Shown piece by piece: positions 33,267-43,500 of a stretch of 64,000 bases of DNA. Location of the stretch: NCBI GenBank assembly GCA_937898755.1, contig CALEJU010000005.1:3056-67055 (forward strand), written 5' to 3'. How positions within the stretch are numbered: position 1 is the stretch's first letter; each line of letters opens with the position of its first letter. The DNA comes from an uncultured Acidobacteriota bacterium (GTDB lineage: Bacteria > Acidobacteriota > Terriglobia > Terriglobales > SCQP01). Below the pieces are notes generated by a model that did no database searches, was not told the DNA's origin, and saw nothing but the letters and a program-made list of their open reading frames with translations. The position numbers and the translations under genes were made by a program.

Positions 33267-36200
33267 TCAGACTTTCAGCGTGTCCCCCGGGCGGGCGACC
33301 AGCGAATAAATCACCGGGTTGACGAAGAAGCCCAGCAGCAGGCGCGACACCAAGCCCGCGACGATGACCAGGGCGAAGGGACGCTGGGTATCGGAGCCGA
33401 TGCCGGTGGAGAGCGCGGCCGGCAACAGACCCAGGCAGGCGACCAGGGCGGTCATCATGATGGGGCGTAGCCGCAGCAGCGCCGCGTCGTAGACCGCGGG
33501 TCCGATCTCCTGGCCTTGCAGCCGCAACTTGTTCACGTAGGAGTACAGGATCACCGCCATCTCCACCGAGACACCCATAAGGGCAAGGAGTCCGAGCACG
33601 GAGGAGACGCTGAACGGGGTTCCCGTCAGCTTTAAAGCCAGAAGTGCTCCCACCGGCTCGGTGAGCACCACCCCGAAAACAATGGCCACCGGGAACTTGA
33701 AGTTGTCATAGAGGGCAAACAGGATCAGGAACACGGTCAGAATGGCTAACGGTCCGATGACGATCAACTGCGCCTTGGCCGCCAGCAGCTCGCTGTACTC
33801 GCCGCCCCAGGTGAGGCGATAGCCGCTGGGCAGCACGACCTGCTGGGCGACCGCCCGTTGCGCGTCGCGTACGGCGGTGGCCAGATCGCGACCGTCGACG
33901 CTGTACTGCACCCCGGTATAGCGCTCGTTGTCCTCGCGGTAGATGAACGAGGCGCCGTTTTCCTGGCGGATGTTGGCCAGCTCGCGGATGGGCACCTGTT
34001 GGCCGGCCGGGGTGGCAACCAGCAGGTTGCCGATCTGGGTGGGGTCGGAGCGGTATTGCTCCGCCATGCGCACCACCAGGTCGAAGGTCTTCTCTCCCTG
34101 GATGACCTGGGTGGCCGCCTGGCCGCCCACCGCCGCCTGGATGACGGCCTCCACGTCGGCCACGTTGATGCCGTAGCGCGCCACAGCGTCGCGGTTGACG
34201 TCGATGACCAGGCTGGGCTGGCCCAGTTCGCGTACCACGGTCAGGTCGGTAAAGCCCGGTACGCGGCTGAGCACGTCCTTGACCTGCTGCGCCTTGTTCT
34301 GCAGCACGTGCAGGTCGGGGCCGAAGATTTTGACGGCAAGCGCGCTCTTCAACCCGGTCAGGGCCTCATCGACCGCATCCTCGGCCGGCTGGGTGTAGTT
34401 GAAGACGATGCCGGGGTAGACCGCGAGCTTGTGACGCAGATCGGCGATCATGGCCGCCTTGGTGTGCTGCGGGCTGGTGCGCCACACCGCGTCGTCGTAG
34501 GGCTTCAGCCCCACGTAGAACTCGCAATTAAAGAACCCGGTGGGGTCGGTGCCATCGTCGGGGCGACCCAGTTCCGAGCCCACCTCGGTGACCTGCGGGT
34601 AGCTCATCAGCAGGCTGCGTACCTGGGGGGCGATGCGGCTGGCCTCGTCGAAGGAGATGGTGTACGGCATGGTGGCGCGCACCCACAACGCCCCCTCGTC
34701 GAGGTGCGGCATGAACTCGCCGCCGATGAAGGGGACCATCAGCAGCGTCAACCCGAAGATGACCACGGTCAGCAACACGGTCAGCCGGGGGTGGTCGAGG
34801 CACGACTTCAAGAGGCGGCCGTAGAAGTCGCGCACCGCCTCGTAGCCGCGGTTGCGCTTCTCCTTGACGCCCTTGGTGAACCAGTAGGAGGCGAGCACCG
34901 GGATCAGGGTCAGGGTGAGGATCAGGGAACCCACCAGGGCGTACAGCATGGTGTCCGCCATGGGGTGGAAGAGCAGCCCGGCCGGCCCGGAGAGCGCGTA
35001 GATCGGCAGGTAACCGGCGATGATGACCGCCACGGAGTAGAAGATGGGGCGATCCACGTCGCGCGCGGCGTTCAGGATCAGCTCGTGCAGCTTGTAGGGC
35101 TGCCCTTCCTGGGCCGCCATCTCGCGGTAGATGTTTTCCATCATCACCACGGTGCCGTCGATGATGATGCCGAAGTCGATGGCCCCGATGGAGAGCAGGT
35201 TGGCGGCCACGCCCTGGGCGTGCAGGCAGATGGCGGAGAACAGCAGGGACAGCGGAATGGTCAGGGCGACGATCACCGCCGCCCGTGCGCTCACCAGGAA
35301 GAAGATGAGCACGATCAGCACCAGGATCATGCCGCGCAACAGGTTGCCTTCCACCGTGTGGATGGTCAACGCCACCAGGTCGCTGCGGTCGTAGTAGGGG
35401 ACCACCTTCACGTCCGGGGGCAGTACCGAACGATTGAGGGTGGCGGTTTCCGCCTCGACGCGCTTCAGCACGTTCTGGGTCTGTTCCCCGCGGCGCATCA
35501 GGATGACGCCCTCGACCGCGTCGTCCTGTTTCTGGTAGCCGAACTCGCCCAACCGCGGGGCGTGCCCGATCACCACCTGGCCGATGTCCGCCACGCGCAC
35601 CGGCGCGCCGTTGTTGCTGCCCACCACGACGTTCTCGATGTCGTGCGTGTCGCGGACCAGGCCCAGGCCGCGCACGTAAAAGAACTGGCCGCCTTTCGAG
35701 TAGAACCCACCGCCGGCGTTCGAGTTGTTGGCCGCCAGGGCGCTGATGACCTGCGGAACACTGAGGTGGTAGCCGTAGATGCGGGCCGGGTCGAGCAGCA
35801 CCTGGTACTGCATCACCGTGCCGCCGAACCCGGAGTCGTCGGCAACGCCGGGGACCGCCTTGTAGCCGCGCTGCAGCACCCAGTCTTCGATCGTCTTGAG
35901 TTGCTGCGGAGAGCGGTCCGGGCTCTGGATCACATAGCGGTAGACGAGGCCGCTGGGGCTGGAGAGCGGCGAGAGGCTCGGCATCACGCCGGTCGGCAAC
36001 GTCGCGCCGCTCAGGCGCCGGAAGGCCACCTCGCGCACGGCCGAGTTGTCGGTATTGTCGGCAAAGGTCAGGCGGACGTCGGAGAGCCCGTAGAGCGAGA
36101 TCGAACGCATCACCACCAGGCCGGGCATGCCGTTCATCTGCAGCTCGATCGGCAACGTCACCAGCCGCTCCACCTCCTCCGCTGCGTGGCCCGGCCACTG

Positions 36201-36353
36201 GGTGATCACCTCCACCATGGGGGGTGCCAGGTCCGGGTAGGCGTCGACCGGCATGTGCTCGAGTGAGATCACTCCGCCGGCCACCAGGAAAACGGTGAAC
36301 AGCACGATCAGGAACCGCTGCCGCAGGGCGAATTGGACGATGCGATTGATCAT
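33267..36353 (-). CDS. czcA: Heavy-metal efflux RND transporter, CzcA/CusA family
   Basis: 1028 aa with 12-TM RND architecture. N-terminal MINRIVQFALRQRFLIVLFTV and the AIDFGIIIDG motif are typical of the HME-RND family. Confidence 0.85.
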   Translation of the reverse strand: MINRIVQFALRQRFLIVLFTVFLVAGGVISLEHMPVDAYPDLAPPMVEVITQWPGHAAEEVERLVTLPIELQMNGMPGLVVMRSISLYGLSDVRLTFADNTDNSAVREVAFRRLSGATLPTGVMPSLSPLSSPSGLVYRYVIQSPDRSPQQLKTIEDWVLQRGYKAVPGVADDSGFGGTVMQYQVLLDPARIYGYHLSVPQVISALAANNSNAGGGFYSKGGQFFYVRGLGLVRDTHDIENVVVGSNNGAPVRVADIGQVVIGHAPRLGEFGYQKQDDAVEGVILMRRGEQTQNVLKRVEAETATLNRSVLPPDVKVVPYYDRSDLVALTIHTVEGNLLRGMILVLIVLIFFLVSARAAVIVALTIPLSLLFSAICLHAQGVAANLLSIGAIDFGIIIDGTVVMMENIYREMAAQEGQPYKLHELILNAARDVDRPIFYSVAVIIAGYLPIYALSGPAGLLFHPMADTMLYALVGSLILTLTLIPVLASYWFTKGVKEKRNRGYEAVRDFYGRLLKSCLDHPRLTVLLTVVIFGLTLLMVPFIGGEFMPHLDEGALWVRATMPYTISFDEASRIAPQVRSLLMSYPQVTEVGSELGRPDDGTDPTGFFNCEFYVGLKPYDDAVWRTSPQHTKAAMIADLRHKLAVYPGIVFNYTQPAEDAVDEALTGLKSALAVKIFGPDLHVLQNKAQQVKDVLSRVPGFTDLTVVRELGQPSLVIDVNRDAVARYGINVADVEAVIQAAVGGQAATQVIQGEKTFDLVVRMAEQYRSDPTQIGNLLVATPAGQQVPIRELANIRQENGASFIYREDNERYTGVQYSVDGRDLATAVRDAQRAVAQQVVLPSGYRLTWGGEYSELLAAKAQLIVIGPLAILTVFLILFALYDNFKFPVAIVFGVVLTEPVGALLALKLTGTPFSVSSVLGLLALMGVSVEMAVILYSYVNKLRLQGQEIGPAVYDAALLRLRPIMMTALVACLGLLPAALSTGIGSDTQRPFALVIVAGLVSRLLLGFFVNPVIYSLVARPGDTLKV

Positions 36354-36389
36354 GCGCGACCAGTCTCGAGAATGGGCCTCGCCCCGTTC

Positions 36390-37538
36390 CTACTTCTGCA
36401 ATGAGTTGGCGAACTGCAAGAACAGACTGCCGTCCCCCACGACGCGGTCGCCGACCTGCAGTCCGGCGAGCACCTGGGTCTGTCCGTCCTGACTGGAGCC
36501 GACCTGGAGATCGCGGCGCGCGAACTGCCGGTCGCCCACCATCAGGTAGACGAAGGGCATGTTCTCGCTGTCCCGCAAGACGGCGGAATCCGGAACCATC
36601 AAGACGCGTTTTAGCGCCCCGGCGCGCAGATCAACCGTAACGTACATGTTGTTCTTGAGCCGGTCGCCGGGATTGGGGACGATGACGCGCGCCTGCAGGG
36701 TGCGCGTCGTAGGGTCCAGCCCGGGGGCCACGTAGGAGACCCGCCCGGGAAGGCGGCCGCTGAAGGCGTCGCTCGCGATCGTCACCGTGTCGCCGACATG
36801 CACTCTCCCGATCTGCGTCTCGAAGATATTGACCAGCACCCAGACGGTGCCCAAGTCCGAGATGGTGAAACATTGCGTGCTGCCGGCTTGCAGCAACTGT
36901 CCGGGCGCCACCAGGCGCTCGACCACCTCGCCCGCAATCGGCGCCAACAGCGGGATGCTGGAGGCCGTGCCGGCCAGCGCCGTCCTGGGGTTCAGCCCCA
37001 GGATGCGCAACGACTGCTCCGCCGCCCGCAGATCGGCCGCCGCCTGCGTGCGGACCGAGGCTGCCTGTTCAAAATCGCGTTGCGCAATGGCATGGTGCTG
37101 GTACAGGTCCTGGCTGCGCTGGTAGCTCTTATCCGCCAGCTCGTAGGCGTCCTGCGCCTTGACGTAGCCGTTGCGCAGCGTGTTGTAGTCCGGGCTGCTG
37201 ATATAGAGAAGCGGCTGGCCGATCCGCACCTGCTCACCGGGCATGGCGAGGATGCGGATGACCGGTCCGCCCACCGGGGCGATCACCGGCGTGGTGCGCA
37301 GGGCGTTGTAGGCCACCGTGCCCGGCAGGCGCAACACCTCGGCGATCTGCGAGGACGCAACCGTGGCGATCTGCAGATGGCTCATCTGTTCCTGCGGCAC
37401 GGTGAACAGCGTCGGATGCGGGTGCGTGCTGCTGAACGAGGTCATCTGCTCGGCCTTGCCGCCGCCGTTGCAGCCGACCAGCGCGATGGCCGCCGCCGGC
37501 AGAATGAAGGAGAAGAAGCGCAGGCGCATGGAGATCAT
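36390..37538 (-). CDS. czcB: Efflux RND periplasmic adaptor (CzcB-like)
   Basis: Lipoprotein-like signal (LVGCNGG), HlyD/MFP beta-barrel and coiled-coil regions. Operonic with czcA and czcC. Confidence 0.8.
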   Translation of the reverse strand: MISMRLRFFSFILPAAAIALVGCNGGGKAEQMTSFSSTHPHPTLFTVPQEQMSHLQIATVASSQIAEVLRLPGTVAYNALRTTPVIAPVGGPVIRILAMPGEQVRIGQPLLYISSPDYNTLRNGYVKAQDAYELADKSYQRSQDLYQHHAIAQRDFEQAASVRTQAAADLRAAEQSLRILGLNPRTALAGTASSIPLLAPIAGEVVERLVAPGQLLQAGSTQCFTISDLGTVWVLVNIFETQIGRVHVGDTVTIASDAFSGRLPGRVSYVAPGLDPTTRTLQARVIVPNPGDRLKNNMYVTVDLRAGALKRVLMVPDSAVLRDSENMPFVYLMVGDRQFARRDLQVGSSQDGQTQVLAGLQVGDRVVGDGSLFLQFANSLQK

Positions 37539-38878
37539 GGAAGTTGTCGGCTGCCGACCGACTGTTTGAGCTGCTCGCGGGCCAGCATGTAGGCGGCCAG
37601 GGCCTGGCGGTAGGCCAGCTCGATGTCGCGATAGCTGCGCTCGGCATCGAGAAAATCCAGCAGGCTGGCGGCGCCGTGCTGGTAGGCATAGGCGCTGATG
37701 TCGCGCGACTGCCGCGCCTGACTCAGGTAGCCACCGCGATAGAGAGCGACCACCTGTTCCCCGGTGCGGGCCGCCTCGTAGGCGCTGCGCACATCGGTGA
37801 GCACCTGCTCCTGCGCCGCTTGGCGCTGCTCCTCAGCCTGCGTGATGGCGACATGGGTGCGCGCGATCTCCCCCTGATTGCGATCAAAGAGCGGCAGTTC
37901 CATGTTGAAGGCCACGCCGGCGTTGCTCAGGCCGGAGACGTGGCTGTAGGTGAAGGTGGGCGTCAGGTTGCGCTTCCCGTTGGCTTGCGCCAGGCGATAC
38001 TGACTGCCGGCCGCGACCACGCCCAACTGGGCCGCCTGCAGGTCGGGGCGGTTGCGCAGCGCCGCCGCCTCCAGATCGTCCAGATGCGAAGCGGTCGGCG
38101 TGAAATGCAGCGTGCCTGCCAGGGTGAAGTTCGTCGGCACCGCATCGAATCCCAGCAACTGCCGCAGCGAGGCGCGGGCCTGCACCAGCGCCAGGCGGGC
38201 GGCTGACACGCCGCTCTGAAACTGCAGGAGCTGCAGTCTGATCTTGAGGAAGTCGCCTTCGCTGATATCGCCGGCCCGGAAACGCTGCTGGTTGACATCG
38301 ACGCTCTGCTGGAAATCCTGCAGGTCGGCCTGGGCCGCGGCCAGGTTCGCCTGGGCCAGCAGGGCCAGGACAAACTGCTGCGCGACGTTGGCGGTGAGCG
38401 AGCGCGCGTTGTCGTCCACCTGTGCCGCGGTGACGCTGGTCTGATCGCGCGCCGCCTCCACCCGCCGCTGGCGCTTGTGGCCACGTTCGATCGTGTTGCT
38501 CACCGCCAAGTCAAACTCGCTGACCGTATTCAAGGTGGTGGCGGTCAAGGAATGCGGGCTGAAGAGCGGAATAAAAAGCGCGTCCCAAGTGAGCACCGGG
38601 TTGGGGCGGATCGCCGCGGTAATCTCCTGCGCCCGGCTCTGCAGGATCTGCGAGCGCGCCGCCTGCAAGGTGGGATTGTGGGCCAGCGCCAGGCGTATCG
38701 CCTGGTCCAAGTCGATGACCGGTCCCGGGACGGTGCCCGGTTGAGCGGCGCTTGGCGCACTCGGGGCGGCCGGTGGGCCGGCCGGCGCCACCTGCGCACC
38801 CGCCCCTCCGGCCAGGCACCCGCTCAGGGCGAGTGCCGTCAGGACGAGCCCAGGTTCAAAGCAGAGCCGATGTCGCAT
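37535..38878 (-). CDS. czcC: TolC-family outer membrane efflux protein (CzcC-like)
   Basis: Signal/lipobox LALSGCLAG and two OEP repeats. 4-nt overlap with czcB. Start at the ATG at 38878. Confidence 0.8.
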   Translation of the reverse strand: MRHRLCFEPGLVLTALALSGCLAGGAGAQVAPAGPPAAPSAPSAAQPGTVPGPVIDLDQAIRLALAHNPTLQAARSQILQSRAQEITAAIRPNPVLTWDALFIPLFSPHSLTATTLNTVSEFDLAVSNTIERGHKRQRRVEAARDQTSVTAAQVDDNARSLTANVAQQFVLALLAQANLAAAQADLQDFQQSVDVNQQRFRAGDISEGDFLKIRLQLLQFQSGVSAARLALVQARASLRQLLGFDAVPTNFTLAGTLHFTPTASHLDDLEAAALRNRPDLQAAQLGVVAAGSQYRLAQANGKRNLTPTFTYSHVSGLSNAGVAFNMELPLFDRNQGEIARTHVAITQAEEQRQAAQEQVLTDVRSAYEAARTGEQVVALYRGGYLSQARQSRDISAYAYQHGAASLLDFLDAERSYRDIELAYRQALAAYMLAREQLKQSVGSRQLP

Positions 38879-39058
38879 GTTCAAAGGACTTAGGGGTGCG
38901 GCTGGCCTTCCGCCTCCGCACCCCCTCCGTACCCTTCTTGGGCGTCCGGGGCCAGCGCACACTTCCGGCGGGATGGCCTTGATTTCCGCCTGTTGGACGT
39001 GCCCTGACCCTTTTCGGTTACAACCAAACCTTTGGGCGCCGAATCCGGCGGCCCAATT

Positions 39059-40339
39059 TCAGGACGTAAAGACCATGAGCAGGGTCAGCACGATCATGAC
39101 CCCACTGGTGCCCCAGGCGATGATGTTGCCCAGCCGCGAGTTGCAGTACTCCCCCATCACGTCCTTGCGGTTGATCAGGATCAGCATGAAGGTGAGGACG
39201 AACGGCAACAGGATGCCGTTCGCCACCTGCGACAGGATGATGATCTTGATGAGCGGCAGGCGTGGGATCAGCACGAAGCCGGCCCCGAAGGCGATCAGCG
39301 CCGTGTAGAGCCAATAGAACGCCGGCGCCTCGGAGAATTTCTTGTTGACCCCGGATTCAAAGCCCAACCCTTCACAGATGTTGTAGGCGGTCGCCAGGGG
39401 AAGAATGGCGGCGGAGAGCAGTGCGGCATTGACCAGCCCGATAGCGAAGAGCACGGCGGCATAGTGTCCCGCCAGGGGCCGGAGAGCGTTTGCTGCCTGG
39501 CCGGGGTCGGTGATATCCGTCACGCCCGCCTTGTGCAGGGTCGCGGCGCACGCCACCACGATGAAAAACGCCACGATATCCGTGATCAGGCAGCCGACGA
39601 TGACGTCCAGACGGCAGAGGGAATATTCCTTCTTCCCGATCCCCTTCTCCGCCACCGAAGCCTGCAGATAAAACTGCATCCAGGGCGCGATGGTGGTGCC
39701 CACCAAGCCGATCACCAGCAGCAGATAGTCGCGTTTGGTGCTGAAGTTGGGGACCAGCGTGTCATGCATGGCCTGGTGCCAGTCGGGATGCGCCAAATAC
39801 GCGGACGCGGCGTAGGTGAAGTAAATGAAGGAGAACGCGATCAGGATGCGCTCCACCGGGCGATAGGTCCCGCGCACGACCACCAGCCAGATGAGCAGCG
39901 CCCCCAGGGGCACGGCGATGAATTTGGTGACGCCAAAGACGCCCATTCCGGAGGCCAGGCCGGCGAATTCGGCGGCGATGTTGCCGAAATCTGCCGCGCC
40001 CAGCACCAGCATGGCAAAAAAGGTCCAGCGCAAACCGAATTCCTCCCGGATCAGGTCCGAGAGTCCCTTGCCCGTCACCGCCCCCATGCGCGCCGACATC
40101 TCCTGGATCACGATCAGGGCGACCGTGGTCGGCACCAGCGTCCAGAGCAGCAGGTAACCGAACTTCGCACCGGCCTGCGAGTAGGTGAGGATGCCGCCCG
40201 GGTCATTGTCCACGTTGGCAGTGATGAATCCGGGGCCGAAGACCGCCAGAAACAGCAGCAACCGTGAACGCAGCCCGAAGAAGCTGCGCTTCCGCCGCGG
40301 AACATATTTGGGGTGCGTTTTGGAGGCTGCGTGGGTCAT
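39059..40339 (-). CDS. mntH: Nramp-family divalent metal (Mn2+/Fe2+):H+ symporter
   Basis: FGPGFITANVDNDPGGI (DPGN-type motif) and MSARMGAVTGKGL. 426 aa with 11-12 TM segments. Confidence 0.85.
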   Translation of the reverse strand: MTHAASKTHPKYVPRRKRSFFGLRSRLLLFLAVFGPGFITANVDNDPGGILTYSQAGAKFGYLLLWTLVPTTVALIVIQEMSARMGAVTGKGLSDLIREEFGLRWTFFAMLVLGAADFGNIAAEFAGLASGMGVFGVTKFIAVPLGALLIWLVVVRGTYRPVERILIAFSFIYFTYAASAYLAHPDWHQAMHDTLVPNFSTKRDYLLLVIGLVGTTIAPWMQFYLQASVAEKGIGKKEYSLCRLDVIVGCLITDIVAFFIVVACAATLHKAGVTDITDPGQAANALRPLAGHYAAVLFAIGLVNAALLSAAILPLATAYNICEGLGFESGVNKKFSEAPAFYWLYTALIAFGAGFVLIPRLPLIKIIILSQVANGILLPFVLTFMLILINRKDVMGEYCNSRLGNIIAWGTSGVMIVLTLLMVFTS

Positions 40340-40363
40340 GGCGTGGTCCTACGTAGCGGCGGT

Positions 40364-41719
40364 CTAGAAGTCCAGATGCAGGCGTGCGGCGGGCACCAGC
40401 AGTGGGCCACGGTCGCGGTTGTAACCCGGCCGGCCGATCACCTGTACATCGGCCGACAAGAAGAGACCGCGGTAGACATGGGCAGTGTAATAGCTCTCGA
40501 GGATGTTCTCGCGACCATAGTTCAAGCGCCCGTCCCCCAGCAGGAACCCCAGCCCGCCCGCAGCCAGATAGGCGCGGTGCAACTGCGAGATGCCGTTGCT
40601 GACGAAGGCCACGCCCATCCGGTCGCGACCGCGCGCCCAGCCCGTGCCGGCCACATCGCCACCGGCCTGCACGGTGTTGTCCACCTCGGTGTAAACAAAA
40701 CTTTCATGGGCGCCTTCATTCCATCCCGTGCGCGCGAAGAGACGCACCGGGCCCAACCCCTGTTGTTCCCAGTTCAAGCCGTAGCCGTATTTGATGCTGC
40801 CGGGATGACGGTGAGCGGTAACGTCCGGCACCATCTCGCGCCCGGCCGCCACGGCTGCCAGCGCTTCGGCGTAGCTTCCCATGCGGCCGTGATTACGGTA
40901 GGCGAGGAAGCGCAACATGCCCTGCCGGTGGCGGGCGTAGCGCCAGCCCACTTCGAGATTCTCGGCGCGAGCTTTGGAGAGCTGAAGGTCAAAATCAATG
41001 CCGTTCGCCACCTTCGGCATCAACGCTTCGACAAACTTCACAGACCAGACCGGGTCATCATATTCCGCTTCCACCCCGTAGGTGTATCCGCGGGTATCAG
41101 CGGCGTAGTCAAAGGCACCGTTGTTATCCACCGTCCAATTGGCGAACTGCAGGTGGCTGTCACTGCCAGCGACGTTGAGATCGAGGAAGTCCACAACGCT
41201 GAACCGCCCGGCGTAGAACTCCAATCGCCGCGTGGGGCGGCTCCGGGCGAAGCCGAGAAAGCCGGCGTCCTGATCTTCCCGCGCATCGCCCAAGGCCACC
41301 GTTTGATGGATGAGCAGGCGCGCCACATAGGGCGCAGCCCCCAGCTCGGGGTTGCGCACCACGTCGAGGTTGGTGTAGCCGGCCAACCCAAGGGCCTGAC
41401 CGATGCCCTTGCCGCCGGCAGACTCGACATCGAACAGCAACTCCGTATTCGGCGCCAAGCGAACACCGCTATACAGGGTCTCAACGCTGGAAACGTCGAA
41501 CTCGCGGCGGTCCGGAAAACTGTTGGCGCCGGCGTACGGGGAATGAAACCGCCAGTGCCCCTGGCCAATGACGTTCCACTGTCCGGACAGCCAATAACGG
41601 TTGGAGTGCGGCAGGATATTGTCCTGCGCCGCCGCAAAGCATGGCAGGACCAACACTAGGGCCAGACAGCGAAGCACTCGCCATCCAGACACAAGAGCTG
41701 GAGTACGGAAACCCAGCAT
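40364..41719 (-). CDS. Outer-membrane porin, OprB (carbohydrate-selective porin)-like
   Basis: Signal peptide ...LVLVLPCFAAAQD, a beta-barrel-like alternating pattern and a C-terminal aromatic residue (F). Lies 24 nt upstream of mntH on the same strand. GAGGAAG RBS. Confidence 0.6.
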   Translation of the reverse strand: MLGFRTPALVSGWRVLRCLALVLVLPCFAAAQDNILPHSNRYWLSGQWNVIGQGHWRFHSPYAGANSFPDRREFDVSSVETLYSGVRLAPNTELLFDVESAGGKGIGQALGLAGYTNLDVVRNPELGAAPYVARLLIHQTVALGDAREDQDAGFLGFARSRPTRRLEFYAGRFSVVDFLDLNVAGSDSHLQFANWTVDNNGAFDYAADTRGYTYGVEAEYDDPVWSVKFVEALMPKVANGIDFDLQLSKARAENLEVGWRYARHRQGMLRFLAYRNHGRMGSYAEALAAVAAGREMVPDVTAHRHPGSIKYGYGLNWEQQGLGPVRLFARTGWNEGAHESFVYTEVDNTVQAGGDVAGTGWARGRDRMGVAFVSNGISQLHRAYLAAGGLGFLLGDGRLNYGRENILESYYTAHVYRGLFLSADVQVIGRPGYNRDRGPLLVPAARLHLDF

Positions 41720-41836
41720 AGCTTCCTCACGATCAGGCGTCACCGGGTACGCCGCGAGGAAGCGGTACGGCCCTTCTAAACGCAGGACCGAAGCACTCGC
41801 CCGGGCGCACCCAACAATCCACCAGGTTCTTTGGGT

Positions 41837-41906
41837 GTCATAAACAAAGTGGCCCACTTGCGCGGGCGACTTTATGACAATACAGGCGTGGTTGCGAAAC
41901 GGTCAA
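41837..41906 (-). promoter_or_regulatory. Candidate promoter (TTGACC-N18-TATTGT) of the porin-mntH operon overlapped by an inverted repeat
   Basis: On the minus strand the -35 is at 41906..41901 and the -10 at 41882..41877. The inverted repeat GTCATAAAGT ... ACTTTGTTTATGAC (41878..41837) starts inside the -10. Confidence 0.35.
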
Positions 41907-42028
41907 ACAAATAAACACCGCCCGGCGGCGCTCGGATGCTCCCGGATCAGGAGCCGGTAATCAGGCGCCGGCGTTCCTATCTGTCGGACTATGACCGTCC
42001 GCTGTGGTCGCCCGGCGGCGCCGACGCA

Positions 42029-42616
42029 TTACTCCGAGAACCCGAGTTGCCACAGCGTATAGCCCACGGTCTGACGCAGGGTGAGCCAGGCGCGCTGGAA
42101 CCGGTCGGAAGCCGGCCCCGGTGGGCGCGGAGCGCCGTAGGCAGTGATGCCCCGCGCGGCAAACATCCTTTTGATTCGGAATATGTGGTATCCGTCGCTG
42201 ACCACCAGCACTTCATGAGCCTGCAGTAAACGCAGCAATGCCGTCACCCGCTGCACCGAATCGTCGGTGGATGTGCCCGTCGGCTCGATGATGATGTCGG
42301 ACGGCGGAACGCCATGCGCCAGCAGGTAGCGCTCGGAAACGCCGGCTTCGGTGAACCCGGCTTCACCGCCAGAACCACCGGTGGTGATGATGCGCGGCGC
42401 GAAATGGCGGCGATACAACGCCAGCGCCTGGTCGAGCCGGCCGCGCAGCACCTCCGATGGGCGACCGCGATACTCCGCCGCACCGAACACCACCACCGCC
42501 GGCGCGGGCCGCGCTTCGTTCAGGTTCGCCTGATGCTGAATCGCGTAGAACAGCCAGCCGAGATACGCCACGGCCGCGAGGGTCACCAGAAGCGGGATCA
42601 GCAGGACGGTTCTCAT
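42029..42616 (-). CDS. YdcF/DUF218-family protein (ElyC/SanA-like), membrane-anchored
   Basis: N-terminal TM helix MRTVLLIPLLVTLAAVAYLGWLF. VVFGAAEY, RIITTGGSG and VLVVSDGYH motifs. Confidence 0.7.
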   Translation of the reverse strand: MRTVLLIPLLVTLAAVAYLGWLFYAIQHQANLNEARPAPAVVVFGAAEYRGRPSEVLRGRLDQALALYRRHFAPRIITTGGSGGEAGFTEAGVSERYLLAHGVPPSDIIIEPTGTSTDDSVQRVTALLRLLQAHEVLVVSDGYHIFRIKRMFAARGITAYGAPRPPGPASDRFQRAWLTLRQTVGYTLWQLGFSE

Positions 42617-42647
42617 CGAGACGCTCGGGCGGCGGTCGCCGACCCGC

Positions 42648-43289
42648 TCAGGATACCTCGGCCAGAAATGGCTGCAGGGTGGCTGCCGAAATCGCACCTT
42701 CGCGCAAGAGACGAGGCGGACGCCGCGTGAGATCAACCAGGGAACTGGGCAAGGGCGAGGCTGCGGCTCCGCCGTCAACGATGAGCGGGAGCTGTGAGCC
42801 CAACTGCCGCTCAACTTCCGCCGCCGACAGGCACTCTGGCGCGCCGCTGCGATTGGCGCTGGTGGCGGTGAGAGGGTGGCCCGCCTCGAGAATCACCGCG
42901 ATGGCGATTGGCGCCAGAGGTTGCCGGAGCGCAACGTTCCCGGTCTGGGCGGTCACGGTCAGCGGCAGGCGCGCACCCGCTTTCACGATCAGTGTCAGGG
43001 GCCCGGGCCAAAACGCCGCCGCCAACTTGTAAAACATTGGATCAAGACGGGCGGCCAGTTCCTCTGCTTGGTTGAGATCGGCAACCAACAGCGAGAGCGG
43101 CTTATCATACGCCCTGCCCTTGACGCGATAGACCTGCTCGACGGCCGCCAAATCCCACGGGTTGGCCGCGAGGCCGTAGACGGTGTCGGTGGGCAGCCCC
43201 ACCACTCCATGCGCGGCGAGTACGGCGCAGACTTGCGCGACCCGCTCAGGCTGCGGATGAATGGGGTGAATGGGAAGCAGCTCGGCCAT
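42648..43289 (-). CDS. tsaC: L-threonylcarbamoyladenylate synthase (TsaC/YrdC family)
   Basis: GLPTDTVYGLAANP, KPLSLLV, WPGPLTLI and SANRSG motifs. Start at the ATG at 43289. Confidence 0.85.
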   Translation of the reverse strand: MAELLPIHPIHPQPERVAQVCAVLAAHGVVGLPTDTVYGLAANPWDLAAVEQVYRVKGRAYDKPLSLLVADLNQAEELAARLDPMFYKLAAAFWPGPLTLIVKAGARLPLTVTAQTGNVALRQPLAPIAIAVILEAGHPLTATSANRSGAPECLSAAEVERQLGSQLPLIVDGGAAASPLPSSLVDLTRRPPRLLREGAISAATLQPFLAEVS

Positions 43290-43337
43290 GGAAAAGTGCC
43301 TCGCGCCGCATGAGCATCGTTGCCGCGCCCCGGCGCC

Positions 43338-43369
43338 AAAAACAAAAGGGGACGGAATCCGTCCCCTTT
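43338..43369 (-). terminator. Intrinsic terminator (11-bp stem, 3-nt loop, then TTTTGTTTTT on minus strand)
   Basis: Plus strand reads AAAAACAAAAGGGGACGGAATCCGTCCCCTTT. Lies 20 nt downstream of the small ORF stop. Confidence 0.75.
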
Positions 43370-43389
43370 CGTCCAAGATCCGGAAGAAG

Positions 43390-43446
43390 TTACTTCTTCT
43401 TCTTCTTCGCGGCCTTCTTGGCGGGCTTCTTCGTTGCTTTTGCCAT
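43390..43446 (-). CDS. 18-aa lysine-rich micro-protein MAKATKKPAKKAAKKKKK (hypothetical)
   Basis: ATG preceded by GGAG (9-nt spacing), its own promoter (43501..43529) and its own terminator. Not in the ORF track because of its size. Confidence 0.5.
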   Translation of the reverse strand: MAKATKKPAKKAAKKKKK

Positions 43447-43500
43447 TTCGCTATTCTCCATTCAATCTGCGCGGGTTGAGCCCGACACAGCTTAAGTGCA

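Noticed and set aside
41720-41935. A manganese (yybP-ykoY) riboswitch upstream of the porin-mntH operon.
   Set aside because: I could not find the conserved riboswitch core sequences. Only a simple inverted repeat overlapping a promoter-like element is present.
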